From assembly GCA_046350815.1 (NCBI GenBank), contig JAXLZO010000001.1:630001-662000 (forward strand): a stretch of 32,000 bases of DNA. Reading direction: 5' to 3'. Both the position numbers and the translations under genes were made by a program. This DNA comes from Candidatus Saccharimonadota bacterium (GTDB lineage Bacteria; Patescibacteriota; Gracilibacteria; BD1-5; UBA2023). Shown one piece after another: positions 20,374-30,623 of the stretch (positions are counted from its first letter, which is position 1; each line of letters begins with the position of its first letter). The notes under the pieces are model-generated. The model saw nothing but the letters and a program-made list of their open reading frames with translations. It searched no databases and was not told the DNA's origin.

Positions 20374-20399
20374 AAACACCATTTGGTGTTTTTTATTTT
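20372..20399. terminator. bidirectional terminator between sodB and giant gene A
   Basis: aaaaacacc/ggtgttttt stem with a 4-nt loop, then a T-run. Confidence 0.6.
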
Positions 20400-23300
20400 G
20401 CAAGTTCTGTTTCAAGATATTTTTGAAGTTGTTTGAGGGTAATAGGTCCAAGGATACCATCCTGTCCGTTTTTATCATCAGATGCATTCATATTTATGCG
20501 TCGCTGCAATTCCTGAATATTTGCAACTGTAGGAGGCTTGAGAAATTCAAGTATGTCATTGCATGCTGTTTTTGACTGAATATCTGCATTATGATCGTTT
20601 AGAAAGGTTTGGAATGTTTGAAATTCTCTTGATCACATAAAACGCTTGGTGATGATTTCTCGTGTTTGAGTCGTCAGGATATCTCATCTACCATTATCTC
20701 GGCGGATATTAATCTCACTTACTTTTGTACCGATATCACGACATGCTTCTTCAGGTGTCACAGGAGCTGCGATTGGCGTAGTCGGATTGGTAAGAGATAC
20801 AGGTGTCAGCATCTTATTCTTATCATCGCCACTGCAGGCATAAAGAATTCCACCAATCAGAAGAAGTCCACCGAGACCCCAAGCTTTTCGTGTCCAATCA
20901 GTAGGATTTTTTGCTGCTTCTGGCGGGAGAACTTGAGTTCCTTTTGGGAGCGCAATTGGTCCTTCTGGAGTCACGATTTTGAGAGTATTTGTTCCATCGC
21001 GGATAATAGTCGGGAACTGGTTATGATTTACTGCAACAGAAACATCTCTAGAAACATCTCTCGGAGTATTTTTGAGACGATATTCTGATGCAATTCGGGC
21101 AAAAAGAATCGTCGGTCTGTGTTGCAGTTTTTGTTCACCTTTAGGAGTGGTAGGTTTATTCTTTAATTTAAGAAGTTCGGCCGACGCTTGTTTTAGTTGA
21201 TCATTGAACTGTGTGAGATTCTCTGGCTTTTGTGATCGAACCTCTTTGGTAGCGTTATAGATTTCTTTTTCGTATTTACTACCACCCCATCACTGAGCCT
21301 CAGCATCACGGAAACTCTTCTCAAATGCTGCATCGTTCAGCTTCATGAGATCGTGTATCTTGGTGCGTAGAGATTCTCTCAGAGGATCGCTACTCTCGAG
21401 TCTTAACATACTTGCAAGATCATCTTCCACTGTTTGCACTACTTTTCCTTTGTCTGGAGATGCTCATTTTTCTGCCCGAGCGATCGATCATTCGAGGTCT
21501 TGTATTTCTTTTTGTATACGACCAATCGCTGCTTGATTTTCTACAAACTCGCTTGTTGATTTTCTCGTATACTGTCTGATTATAGCTTGTCGCGTTATGA
21601 GCTCTTGATTGAGTGTGGCCAATTGTTCTCGGGCAGCAACGATATCGACGATAGCTTCTGGTTTGTATTTTATCTCAATAATTTTGTTTCCAATATGTCT
21701 TTCTCGCTTCCGTTGCTTCGGATCTGAGGGGTCGCGATATGTTCTAGTATCATATGTTTGATATCAAACTTTTGGATCCTTAGATACAGGAATTATAAAG
21801 TCTACCTTTGTTTCATTCGGACCAATTGATAGGTATATTTCTCATGGTTCTGCTTGTATGGCTCGATTTGTTTCAAGTTTTTCACCTTTTGAGTTTACTA
21901 TGTATATTTTTGAATCAGCATCATGCAATCTTGTTAACAATATTTGCTCCATTTGTGTTCCATTCTCCCCCAGTGTAGCTTCCATGTTAAAAGATTTAGG
22001 AGCCATTCTTTCGATAGTCGCATAATCAGGTATGAACACTATTGCATCTTGAGGGGTTTGTAGTTCTCCGGTTTTTGTTTTGAATCTTTGGATTCTTCAA
22101 TCAGGAAGGTAACGGTATATAGATCATTTTGCAGTGATGATCTCATCAACTGGTCTCTGAAGTTCCATTTTCTCGGCTTTCCCGGTTAATCCTGATTCCA
22201 TGAGCTTCGCTCTCTCCTCCTGTGTAAATAGCTCTTTTTCTGGTCTTTGTTTTTTTGGTAATTCCGCTCTTCGTTTGCCATATTGGAGTATCTCTAGCTT
22301 TGCTTTGAGATCTCCTGTTGACCACTGAAATATACTACCTTCCCCAGTATTATGAGCGAGTATGAGTGCATCTTTTTCCTCTTGATTGAGCGACCTTCTG
22401 AGGATTCTCTCTGCTTCAAGAATTCTCTCGGGATTGCTGAGTCATGCAACCTTCTCAATCATACGAATATACGCTTCGGCTCCTATTTGATCTCTGAAAT
22501 GTTGCGGAACTTTTGTGAGAGCGATAGCATAATCCTCTTGACTCAGTGTAATTCATTCCGGTACAGAAGACTTGTATGATGCTAATTTGGTATTGAGTTT
22601 TGGAAAGGCTTGTGCAAATTTTTCAGCCATTCCCGGGGCTGTTCGGAATGCGACCGTCATAGCAATCATATTCGGAGTAAGCTCAAAATCCCCCGTCTCA
22701 AGTCCATGAAGCAAATAGAGAGCGGATACATCTCCCGCACTGAGTACAATATTTTTTTGGGTAATGATTCATTTTTGTGCGGATATGCCAAGTTTGGCTA
22801 TGAGAGGTCAGCTGAGAAACTTCTCAACTCCAGCAAAAGTCCCGAACATGATAGCGTTTTGTGCAAATCTTTTTGCGAAAGATTCGAGAGACACACGTTT
22901 TGCTCCATCACCTTGCGCCAGGGGTCCATATGCCTCAAGAACAGTTTGTGCGGTTGTAAATTTCAGTGCTTCTCCGGCAGTCCTGACAATCGTACCTCCC
23001 GATTCCACCGCACGAACCGCTCAAGCGGCACCTTTGAGAGTTATCTCCGTAGCAGTCGCTACTTTCCGCGGTATATATTTTACAACATTACCAGATCAAG
23101 TTCAGGCATTTTTCGCAAGCGTTACCGCCTTCCTCATTCTGCTCGCGTTTTCGGTGACGGTGGCAAGATTTTTTGTCGCAAGTGCTGCTCGTACTCATCC
23201 TGCTACTTTTGCTACACCAAGAAGAATTCCGGCAGTTCCGAAGCTCAAAGCCATGCTCACAAAAGTAATAGCAAGTTCCTTGGTCATTACAACATTTTCA

Positions 23301-24370
23301 TCGGTGAAATTGAACGCACCGTAGAGACCTTTCATATCATCGTAGAGTTTCCCGATTGCACCAAGCTTTTCGCCACCATAAGTAGAGATGTACTTATCAG
23401 TAGCTTTCATGAAGATATTCTGTTCGGTGATACTTGCTATGATTTCAGTTTTCTTATTCTGATATTCTAGATATTGAGGGTATCATTCGAGTGATTTCAG
23501 GATCTCATCGAATTGTTTTTGAGCATCTTGTTGTGCAGATTTCTTAAATCCATCATAGTTCTTTTGATAAAATTCTCCGAGTTTTTTATAATTTGCATCT
23601 TCTGCATCATCTCCACTTGTTTCTCAGTCCGATTGTCGTTTCATTTTACGGGTTGCAACAACTCAGGAGTTTGCGGTATCGCCAATGACACGAAGTGCTG
23701 ATGCAAGATTTGCATCAGAAGCTTTAATAACATCAAATCTCAATGTTCATGCATCACTGTTACGCTTTTCAACTATGATTTTCTCCAGATCACCCAATAA
23801 TTTTTTCGTATGTACTAGCGTTCCTCCAACTCTTGTTCGATATTTCGCTATGGCTGCACTGATTTCGGCATCGTCCGATCGTGTTTCAAGTGCATCGATA
23901 AAGGTAGCGATACGATCGTATCATTCCGTATCCTTCTCTTTGCCTACTTGATCCGGGGTTCCTCACAAAAACTCTCCCACTCTTTTGCTATTTTTGCTAT
24001 ATCGTGCTATGAGTTCCCCTATGGATACAGTGTCTGTGCCGGTGTAGTTGAAGTTTATATCGTTTCCCTCCCATCCTTCGAATTTTGTCGTGACAGATCT
24101 CGCAAAATCTCATTTTGCTGAGGTCGCAACCCAGTGCTGCATGTTCTGGATTTCTCGCAATGGGGCAAGATAGGTATCTTTCATCGAAGTGAGCCTCTTG
24201 CTATTTTTCTCGAGTGTATCGTAAGCTTTCTGAAGATCCCGGTAGATCTCAACACGCTGCAAAAATTCTTCTGGTGGAAATGTATCTGCTGCTTTCGCCA
24301 TTTCTGTGGGAAGAGATTTTTTTACGTATTCAACTTTTTGTTGAATATCGGAGCCGTTTTCTGGAGGCAT
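20393..24370 (-). CDS. giant membrane-anchored protein A (1325 aa), unknown function, C-terminal peptidoglycan-binding-like motif
   Basis: One minus frame from ATG (complement of 24368-24370) to TAA (complement of 20393-20395). I checked every codon: 24 TGA and no TAA/TAG. It absorbs track ORFs 24110-24370, 23195-23410, 22808-23008, 21842-22039 and 20684-20974. Gly/Ala-rich hydrophobic segments occur mid-protein, a TM helix (AWGLGGLLLIGGILYAC) lies near the C-terminus, and the end carries ...DGILGPITLKQLQKYL. Confidence 0.7.
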
Positions 24371-24444
24371 ATAGAATAAAATTCAATAAATATGATTCGA
24401 GGATATCATATTTGCTTCGATCATGCTCTAAAATTATATTGACA

Positions 24445-24480
24445 AATAATAAATCCTCATTCAATGAGGATTTATTATTA
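24445..24480 (-). terminator. terminator hairpin after gene B (original 3' end)
   Basis: Perfect 17-bp stem aataataaatcctcatt/aatgaggatttattatt overlapping the TAA TAA TAA stops of the gene B remnant. Confidence 0.7.
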
Positions 24481-24663
24481 TTTTCGGATCACATTTCCTT
24501 CCTTATCGATCTTATAGTCTTCGATCGGACGGTTTTCGAGCTTGGCAATGTCACCAAGGATTTCTCCGTTGAATCTCTCAATCGTTTGACGTGAGGTGAT
24601 AGCACCAATCTTTGCTATGTTTTCTTTGATTTGTACCTCAAAAGCAAGAACTGACGGAGATTT
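24481..24663 (-). repeat. C-terminal protein module, copy 2 (coding tandem repeat)
   Basis: KSPSVLAFEVQIKENIAKIGAITSRQTIERFNGEILGDIAKLENRPIEDYKIDKEGNVIRK. It is collinear with copy 1, and by eye more than half the residues are identical. Confidence 0.75.
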
Positions 24664-24686
24664 TATTGTGAGTGATGTTCTGACAA

Positions 24687-24693
24687 TATTTCC
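24687..24693. repeat. target-site duplication (left copy)
   Basis: TATTTCC directly abutting the left inverted repeat, identical to 25447-25453. Confidence 0.8.
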
Positions 24694-24708
24694 GGGTCTA
24701 AACCAGTT
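24694..24708. repeat. IS left terminal inverted repeat
   Basis: GGGTCTAAACCAGTT, the exact reverse complement of 25432-25446. Confidence 0.9.
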
Positions 24709-24740
24709 GACAGGATAAATTATCCCATAAACTTGGCTCT

Positions 24741-25433
24741 ATGATCAGTAAAACTACCTATAGGAAAAAATCACGAATTTGAGATGCAAAAATAAGAGAA
24801 ATTGTGAAATATTTTTCTCTGGATTTTACTTCAGATAAAACAGCGGTATTAACAGGTCTCAATCCAAAAACAACACAGGATTGGTATAGATATATCAGAA
24901 AGGCGATAGCCTTTCTCTGTGAGAGAGAAAAGAATGAAATATGGACTGGAAATGTTGAGATAGATGAGAGTTACTTCTGACCAACAAGAGTCCGATGAAA
25001 GAGAGGAAGGTGAGCTGGTATGAAGACAATAGTCTTTGGTTTACTCAAAAGAAACTGAAAAGTATATACTGAGATAGTTCCTGATGTAAAAGCAAGGACT
25101 CTCGTGCCAATCATTCGATGAAAACTTCGTATAGAAGAGTCTGAGATTAACAGTGATGGATGGTGAGCTTATGATGGGCTTGTAGATATTGGATATGAGA
25201 AACACTACCGTGTTCATCACGGAGCAAATGAATTTGCAAGATGAACTCAACACATTAATTGAATAGAGTCATTTTGGAGTTATACCAAAAGAAGACTCTC
25301 TCAATTCAATGGAATCAAGAAAGTCTACTTCTACTATTTTTTGAAAGAATCTGAATTCAGATATAATTGTCGTATTCAATGAAAAGATATTTATAAGGAA
25401 GTGCTAAAGTTACTTCGTCAATATAACCCGTAA
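24741..25433 (+). CDS. IS1595-family DDE transposase (ISXO2-like), 230 aa
   Basis: Table-25 translation: ...VEIDESYFGPTRVRGKRGRGAGMKTIVFGLLKRNGKVYTEIVPD...INSDGWGAYDGLVDIGYEKHYRVHHG...HINGIESFWSYTKRRLSQFNGI...FLKESEFRYN. There are 10 in-frame TGA, and I checked all codons. It is not visible in the standard-code track. Confidence 0.9.
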
Positions 25434-25446
25434 CTGGTTTAGACCC
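25432..25446. repeat. IS right terminal inverted repeat
   Basis: AACTGGTTTAGACCC. It overlaps the transposase stop codon. Confidence 0.9.
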
Positions 25447-28400
25447 TATTTCCATTAACATCGATTTGATATTCGCTCACATCTCTTCCTTCTAATTTAG
25501 CAATATCACTAAGAATCTCTCGGTTAAATCGCTCAGCAGTTTGTCATGACAGAACACTTCCAATCTTAGCAATATTCTCTTTGATTTTTTCCTCAAATGT
25601 GAGAACCTTCGGAGATTTTACCACCCTTTCATCCACATCGTATTTACCATTAAGCGGTTCCCAGAAGCTTCCTGGGCGTAATGATTCTCGAACCATTCGT
25701 ACACCAATATCCCTGAGTGCTTGCTTAAGATTTTCTTGTGCATCTTTTAGAGTCGCTCAAGTTATCTCTTTAAAATTAAGCAAGTATTTTGTGGGATTAA
25801 TTTTTTGTATGTCGAGAACAAAATGAGCATCGCCCAAAGTAAGTGATTCTTGTATAACACTATTGTTTTGAGAATTTACTATATCTGAGAATATCTTATC
25901 AATCTTATCTTTTATGGTTTTTAATTCATTATGAGGCTGAGCTTCAATTCAATCCTTTGGTTCTTTCAGCTTGAATGATACTCCATTAATTCTATCAATG
26001 TATTCTTGAATGTAAGGAGATGCATTATCATCCTTTTCATCTATTGGCTTTGGAGTATTTAGAACTGGTATTCCATAAGAGTTATATTTTGATTTTCTAA
26101 TATCAAAAGAGTCAAATGGATGTGATTTCCTCATATTATCTGTATCGATCGAATGCGGATAATCGAGACTCTCATTTACAAGTTTTGAGAGTCGTGCAAT
26201 TTCTGGTGAGAAGTAATCATGATCATGTTGCGCTTTGTTTCATTTAATCACCCAGTCTGGAGATACACCAAAAAATGGAAACCATTTACCTTTCTTCTTT
26301 CAGCTTGTTCCCTGACTGGAACGATAAAATGGTACAGCCATACCACTCTTGGTCTTCATTACAATATATGGTCGATTGCTATCTATAAACCCAATTCTTG
26401 GAATTTGCTTGCTATCACGCATCACATCTCACTCTGCGATTAATTTGGCAATTCTGTCACCATATATTGTATTGACATCCTTTTTTGCATCGATGGCTTT
26501 ATCGGATTTACCCTCAGTCTTTTCGTTTTCAGACTTATGTGAAATCTTTGGAATCGGTCCCACGGTATTATTTTTGAGATAATCGTCCCACGTAGGAATA
26601 TCTTTCACTCAGAGTGTCTTGAGCTCCTCTTGGAGTCAGAGGATTTTTCGATCTAAGTAACGATGGTCTTCCGAGTGAGTTTCATGGGGACCTTCCTTTC
26701 CTGACCTGTTGTCAAAATCACGTCTTCGTCCAAAGAGTTCATCAAGTTTTGTACGGAGATCTTTTTCATGTTCTACTTTCTCTCTCTCCTTTCCGTCCAT
26801 ATCATCGGAGGAATCTTTTATTGGTACGGTCGGAGGAGGTGGGGAAGAAGGGGACACCGGATCGGGAGTTGGAGTCGGTATAGGCTCAACTGGTGGTATT
26901 GGATCATCACTGTGATCAGATTCACCCAGATGTTTAGTTGGCTTTGGCATCGGAGGTACCTTGATACGAGATCCTTTTTCTCATTTGGTTGTTTCATGAT
27001 ACTTATTTGCTCCAAACGGTAAGAGAATAACATCTTTGATCTTATCAAGCCAAGATCCAGATGGTGTCGGAGTTGGAACCGACTCAGGAATTGGTGCTGG
27101 AAGAGGATTTGGTACAATGACGGGAGTGAGCACACCAGTTCCACTGCCACGAATACTTGCGAAGATCTCATACTTTCCGCCTACATGCTTAGCGATCTCA
27201 AGATGTTGAAAGCTTGAGTTTCCGAGTACAGTACTGAGCTCGGTACTTGGAAGAAGTTTCCCATGTACATCGATAGCAACTTCATAGACTTTTCCGTTTA
27301 CAGTCACGAGTCCTACTGCATCACCACTCCGAACTATATCACTCAAATGACCATGAGATGATGAGTGTCCGAACATATGAGATACTTCAAATCCTCCACT
27401 TGAATCTTTCCAAAGCCGAAGCTCATTACCATCAAATGTATGAGTATTATTATCCATCCAGACGCGATCTATATGGGAAAGTGGAGTGATGCTTGATGTA
27501 TGGATAGGTGTTGGGGCTACTATCGTATTACTAGAAGTAGGCATATGTGATGGCACAGATATATTCGTATCACCCATAATACCATGATACGCCCCCTGTA
27601 CTCATGCGAGAATACCACCGATTCCAAGTCCTACTCAATAACCAACTGCAGCAAACTTGAGTCATTCCATGTTGCCATATTTTCTTGCGAACTCTTCACG
27701 TTTTTTGTAGATTTCTTGTGCACTTTCCTTGAGTGATATCACGATCGTTGCAATATAATCGGTATTTGGAGATACTTTGTACCAGTTTTTTCCACCAAGA
27801 TCTCATGAATTAATTGCCATAAGCATACGGGTGTTTTGTTCGGTGGAATTTCCTTCTCCATCATATTTGAGCCAGTTAATACCTGTGAGTTTGGTTGATT
27901 CACGTTTTGCAAGATACAAGAGAGCGGTCTCTTGGCGTTCTTCCAATGCAAGAGCTGGATCAATAACCTTCAGATACATGTCTGTAATGGAGTGCTGGTT
28001 GATGAGTGTATCAAGCTTATTTTGTTTTTCTGTGAGAATTTTATTCTCTTTGCGAGCATTGAGAGTGGTTTTGCCACGAGCAATGAGTACTTGTCTATCA
28101 AGCTCTTCACGTTTGCTTCGATGAGCAGCAACCACACCTCATACGAGTGATCATGGAATGAGTCCAAGTGTGAGGGCTTTTGTAAGAGTATTGAAACTTA
28201 TACTACTTGCTGTCACTGCCGCAGTCGCAGCAATTGCAGCTGTTGTTGGATGTCTGAGAATGCCAGAAACTCTTGATGCAATTGGGCCTGCACTACCGAT
28301 CTTTTGATCAAGCTTATTGAGAAATCTTGAAATACCTGATTTCGGAACATTATTTTTCATCTGTGTTTCTCAGCGCTCATTTCCGACGCGACCTATATCA

Positions 28401-30205
28401 AAGAGGTTCAGTCCAATATCCGTTGTTCTGAGATCGACTCCTATAAGTGCTGTTTCCACTCGCTGGAGAGCCCTATCCAGTTGATTGAGCTCGAGAAGCG
28501 AGCCTGATTGAAGCTCGAGAGCTGATTTGAGCTCTTTGAGTTTTTCTGTTCGTGCCGCACGATCGACTGCCGGCGTACTGAGGACATCTACGATGATTTG
28601 TTTGGTAGTAGCATCACGAATTGTGGGCTTTTGTATTTTTTCAAAATCAAGATAACTGCCGCCTTGGATCGAATCATCACTGTTTTTTACAAAGTCGATG
28701 ATGTCATCTTCGTGGAGGGTTCCATCTCGGAGTTGTTCTCGTATACCTCGCTTGATCTCTTCCTTCTGTGATTGAATATAAGCACCTCGTCCATTACGAT
28801 GTACGGCCCGTTTTACGAGTCTCTTGAAAAATCCTTCTTTCGAAATGTCTTCCATCTTCTGATCATAGTCAGACATGGCGAGTTGATCTGCAAAAATATC
28901 AAGATATGGCTCAACATCGACAAGATCTAGGTGAATCATGCCATCCGGTGACTCAGATGCATGATCGACGTGAGAATGAATACCATCGCCATCATTATCA
29001 CTTTGGATTTCTGCTTGTGCGAACGCATGACCATATGCCTTTTGAAAAGCATCTTCATAGATCATTTTTAAATCTTGCTCTGAGAGACCGTAGACATCAT
29101 TCTGCTTTACTCCATTCTCGATGTATTGAGAGAGATATTCTTTGTCTATCTTTCTATCTTTCATGACGAGAAAATCCTGATAAATTGCATGAGAAAACTG
29201 CCTTCTTATCTCATCGCGTTGTTCCTGGCTGAGCGTATTCAATGCTCTTTGTTGTTCATCTTGTTCAGATGTTGGTTTGCTCTGTGAAGACTGTGTTATA
29301 TGAGATCATCCATATACCTCATTAAGAGCTTGGTTATAGAGTGGCCGAGCTTGGTCTACCCATTTTTGGTCACCATCAAATCCTTGTCGAAGAAGAATTT
29401 CTCGTTTTCCAAGCATATCAGCTTTTGTTTGTCCGTATCGTTTGGTGTCTTGAAAAAGATTACGATACGAATCTAATAGGTGTCAATTAATTCTTTCTCG
29501 GCTTTGATTCCTGGATTTTTTTATGCCTTCATCAAGCTGTTTTTTATATTGTTCCAGAAGCATATCCAAGGTTTTTGCTTTGGTTATATCTTGCTTTGTT
29601 TGATCAATTCTTTTCTTTTCATCATCAAAAATATTCTCGCTTTGACGTCATGATTTTTGTCCCATTGAGCTCCATTTCACTATCATACGCGTCATATCTC
29701 CCAGAAGATTGTTCTGAATTTTTCAAAATATGCTTTGTTTTTCCCCGTATGCCTTCATATCTTTTAGGGATTGTTCACCCTTTGCAAATATATTGGGATC
29801 ACGCTGGTCGTATGGCATTGCATCTGGTCGTTGTGCAAGAAAGGATGTACGTGCGGACTCCAATTTTGCTAAAAATCACTTCATAAGTGAGTCATGAAGA
29901 TCGGAAGCTTCCATTCTTGTCATATTTTTACTCTCTATTTCGTTTCTGACGTATTCGTCGAGAGCATCAAAATATGCATTTTTGTCTTTCTCGGCAAGGT
30001 TGCACGCAATGAGTCCATCGAAGACTTTGTCTTCTGCAGCAGTATAGGAGAGTGGAAGAGTGGCATTTTTGCTTCCCCTCTCTTGCTTCGCTGATGCATT
30101 GTTCTTCGCTCGCCACTCCCCAAAGATATCGGCTGTTTTCTGTTTGAGAGCTGATACTGAATCAGTAATTTTGTCTCGAGTATTTCCGAGTGTTCCTTTG
30201 TTCAT
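25439..30205 (-). CDS. giant membrane-anchored protein B, IS-truncated (1588 aa as it stands; about 1655 aa before insertion), unknown function
   Basis: One minus frame from ATG (complement of 30203-30205), checked codon by codon: 21 TGA and no TAA/TAG. It now ends at a TAA supplied by the IS right end (complement of 25439-25441). It absorbs track ORFs 29876-30205, 28370-29242, 28151-28360, 27803-28135, 26981-27577, 26636-26950 and 25949-26134. It has two Gly/Ala-rich hydrophobic segments and Pro-rich linkers. Confidence 0.7.
25447..25453. repeat. target-site duplication (right copy)
   Basis: TATTTCC directly abutting the right inverted repeat. Confidence 0.8.
25448..25618 (-). repeat. C-terminal protein module, copy 1 (coding tandem repeat)
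   Basis: KSPKVLTFEEKIKENIAKIGSVLSGQTAERFNREILSDIAKLEGRDVSEYQIDVNGN, which continues as ...IVR across the IS. Confidence 0.75.
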
Positions 30206-30214
30206 ATAACTTTA

Positions 30215-30508
30215 TTAAAGACTTTGTAAAAATAATCGAACCTCTTGGATAAAAATATCCTGAATGAGATGATCAACTTCATTTGGTCGTATGCCCTTGA
30301 GAAATCCATAACCGTCCACTTCTCCATCTGTTTCGAGAAGTTCCTTATAAATTTCGACCTCATCTGGCGTGAGCTTCTCTGAAAGAATTCGTCCAAATGT
30401 AAGTCGTTCGAGTGACTCGATTGTATGAGCAAGGCTTTGCTCAAGTGGATCACCAGAGAGTCCAGTTTTTTGAAGACCGGATCGTAGAGTATTGATAATT
30501 TGTTCCAT
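30215..30508 (-). CDS. small acidic hypothetical protein (97 aa)
   Basis: Intact ATG-TAA ORF with no TGA. Its stop lies 9 nt upstream of the gene B ATG. A TTGACA (complement of 30560-30565) sits upstream as a possible -35 element. Confidence 0.55.
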   Translation of the reverse strand: MEQIINTLRSGLQKTGLSGDPLEQSLAHTIESLERLTFGRILSEKLTPDEVEIYKELLETDGEVDGYGFLKGIRPNEVDHLIQDIFIQEVRLFLQSL

Positions 30509-30582
30509 AGCGGTATATAAAATGAATATCTTCTACACGATACTATATAAATAAATATTTGTCAAAATATACGCTTTCGAAA

Positions 30583-30612
30583 CTATAACAACCCTTATAA
30601 GGGTTGTTATAG
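30583..30612 (-). terminator. terminator hairpin after gene C
   Basis: Perfect 30-nt palindrome ctataacaaccctta/taagggttgttatag, 11 nt downstream of the gene C stop. Confidence 0.65.
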
Positions 30613-30623
30613 TGAAATTTTTT

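Larger units (their letters stand above)
24478..24693 (-). pseudogene. detached 3' end of giant gene B (last 71 codons), separated by the IS insertion
   Basis: It translates as GNIVRTSLTIKSPSVLAFEVQIKENIAKIGAITSRQTIERFNGEILGDIAKLENRPIEDYKIDKEGNVIRK*. It has no start codon of its own. Removing the IS plus one TSD copy (760 bp) joins it in frame to 25454. Confidence 0.8.
24694..25446 (+). mobile_element. IS1595-family (IS1016/ISXO2-like) insertion sequence, 753 bp
   Basis: It is bounded by perfect 15-bp inverted repeats, flanked by a 7-bp direct repeat TATTTCC, and carries a single DDE transposase gene. Confidence 0.9.

Noticed and set aside
22610-23470. 286-aa and 186-aa plus-strand ORFs (22610-23470 and 22764-23324).
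   Set aside because: They are antisense to giant gene A, whose frame is continuous for 1325 codons. Their translations are Cys/Ser/Arg-rich and implausible.
24371-24424. Upstream ATGs at 24409 and 24424 (minus strand) as alternative starts for giant gene A.
   Set aside because: The extension (MIEANMISSNHIYGILFY) overlaps the likely promoter region right after the gene B terminator and looks non-coding. ATG 24370 is retained, but the start is not certain.
24481-25618. A diversity-generating retroelement (template/variable repeat pair) as the explanation for the two similar ~180-nt segments.
   Set aside because: The differences between the copies involve all base types, not adenine-specific changes. 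No reverse transcriptase gene is nearby. The copies are in-frame tandem protein modules.
28358-28372. A gene boundary inside protein B (TGA at 28370-28372, followed 9 nt later by ATG at 28358-28360 on the minus strand), and similar spots at 26981 and 29876.
   Set aside because: Under table 25 these TGA codons are sense codons, and the frame is uninterrupted for 1588 codons. I cannot exclude internal starts or context-dependent termination, so the single-ORF call carries reduced confidence.
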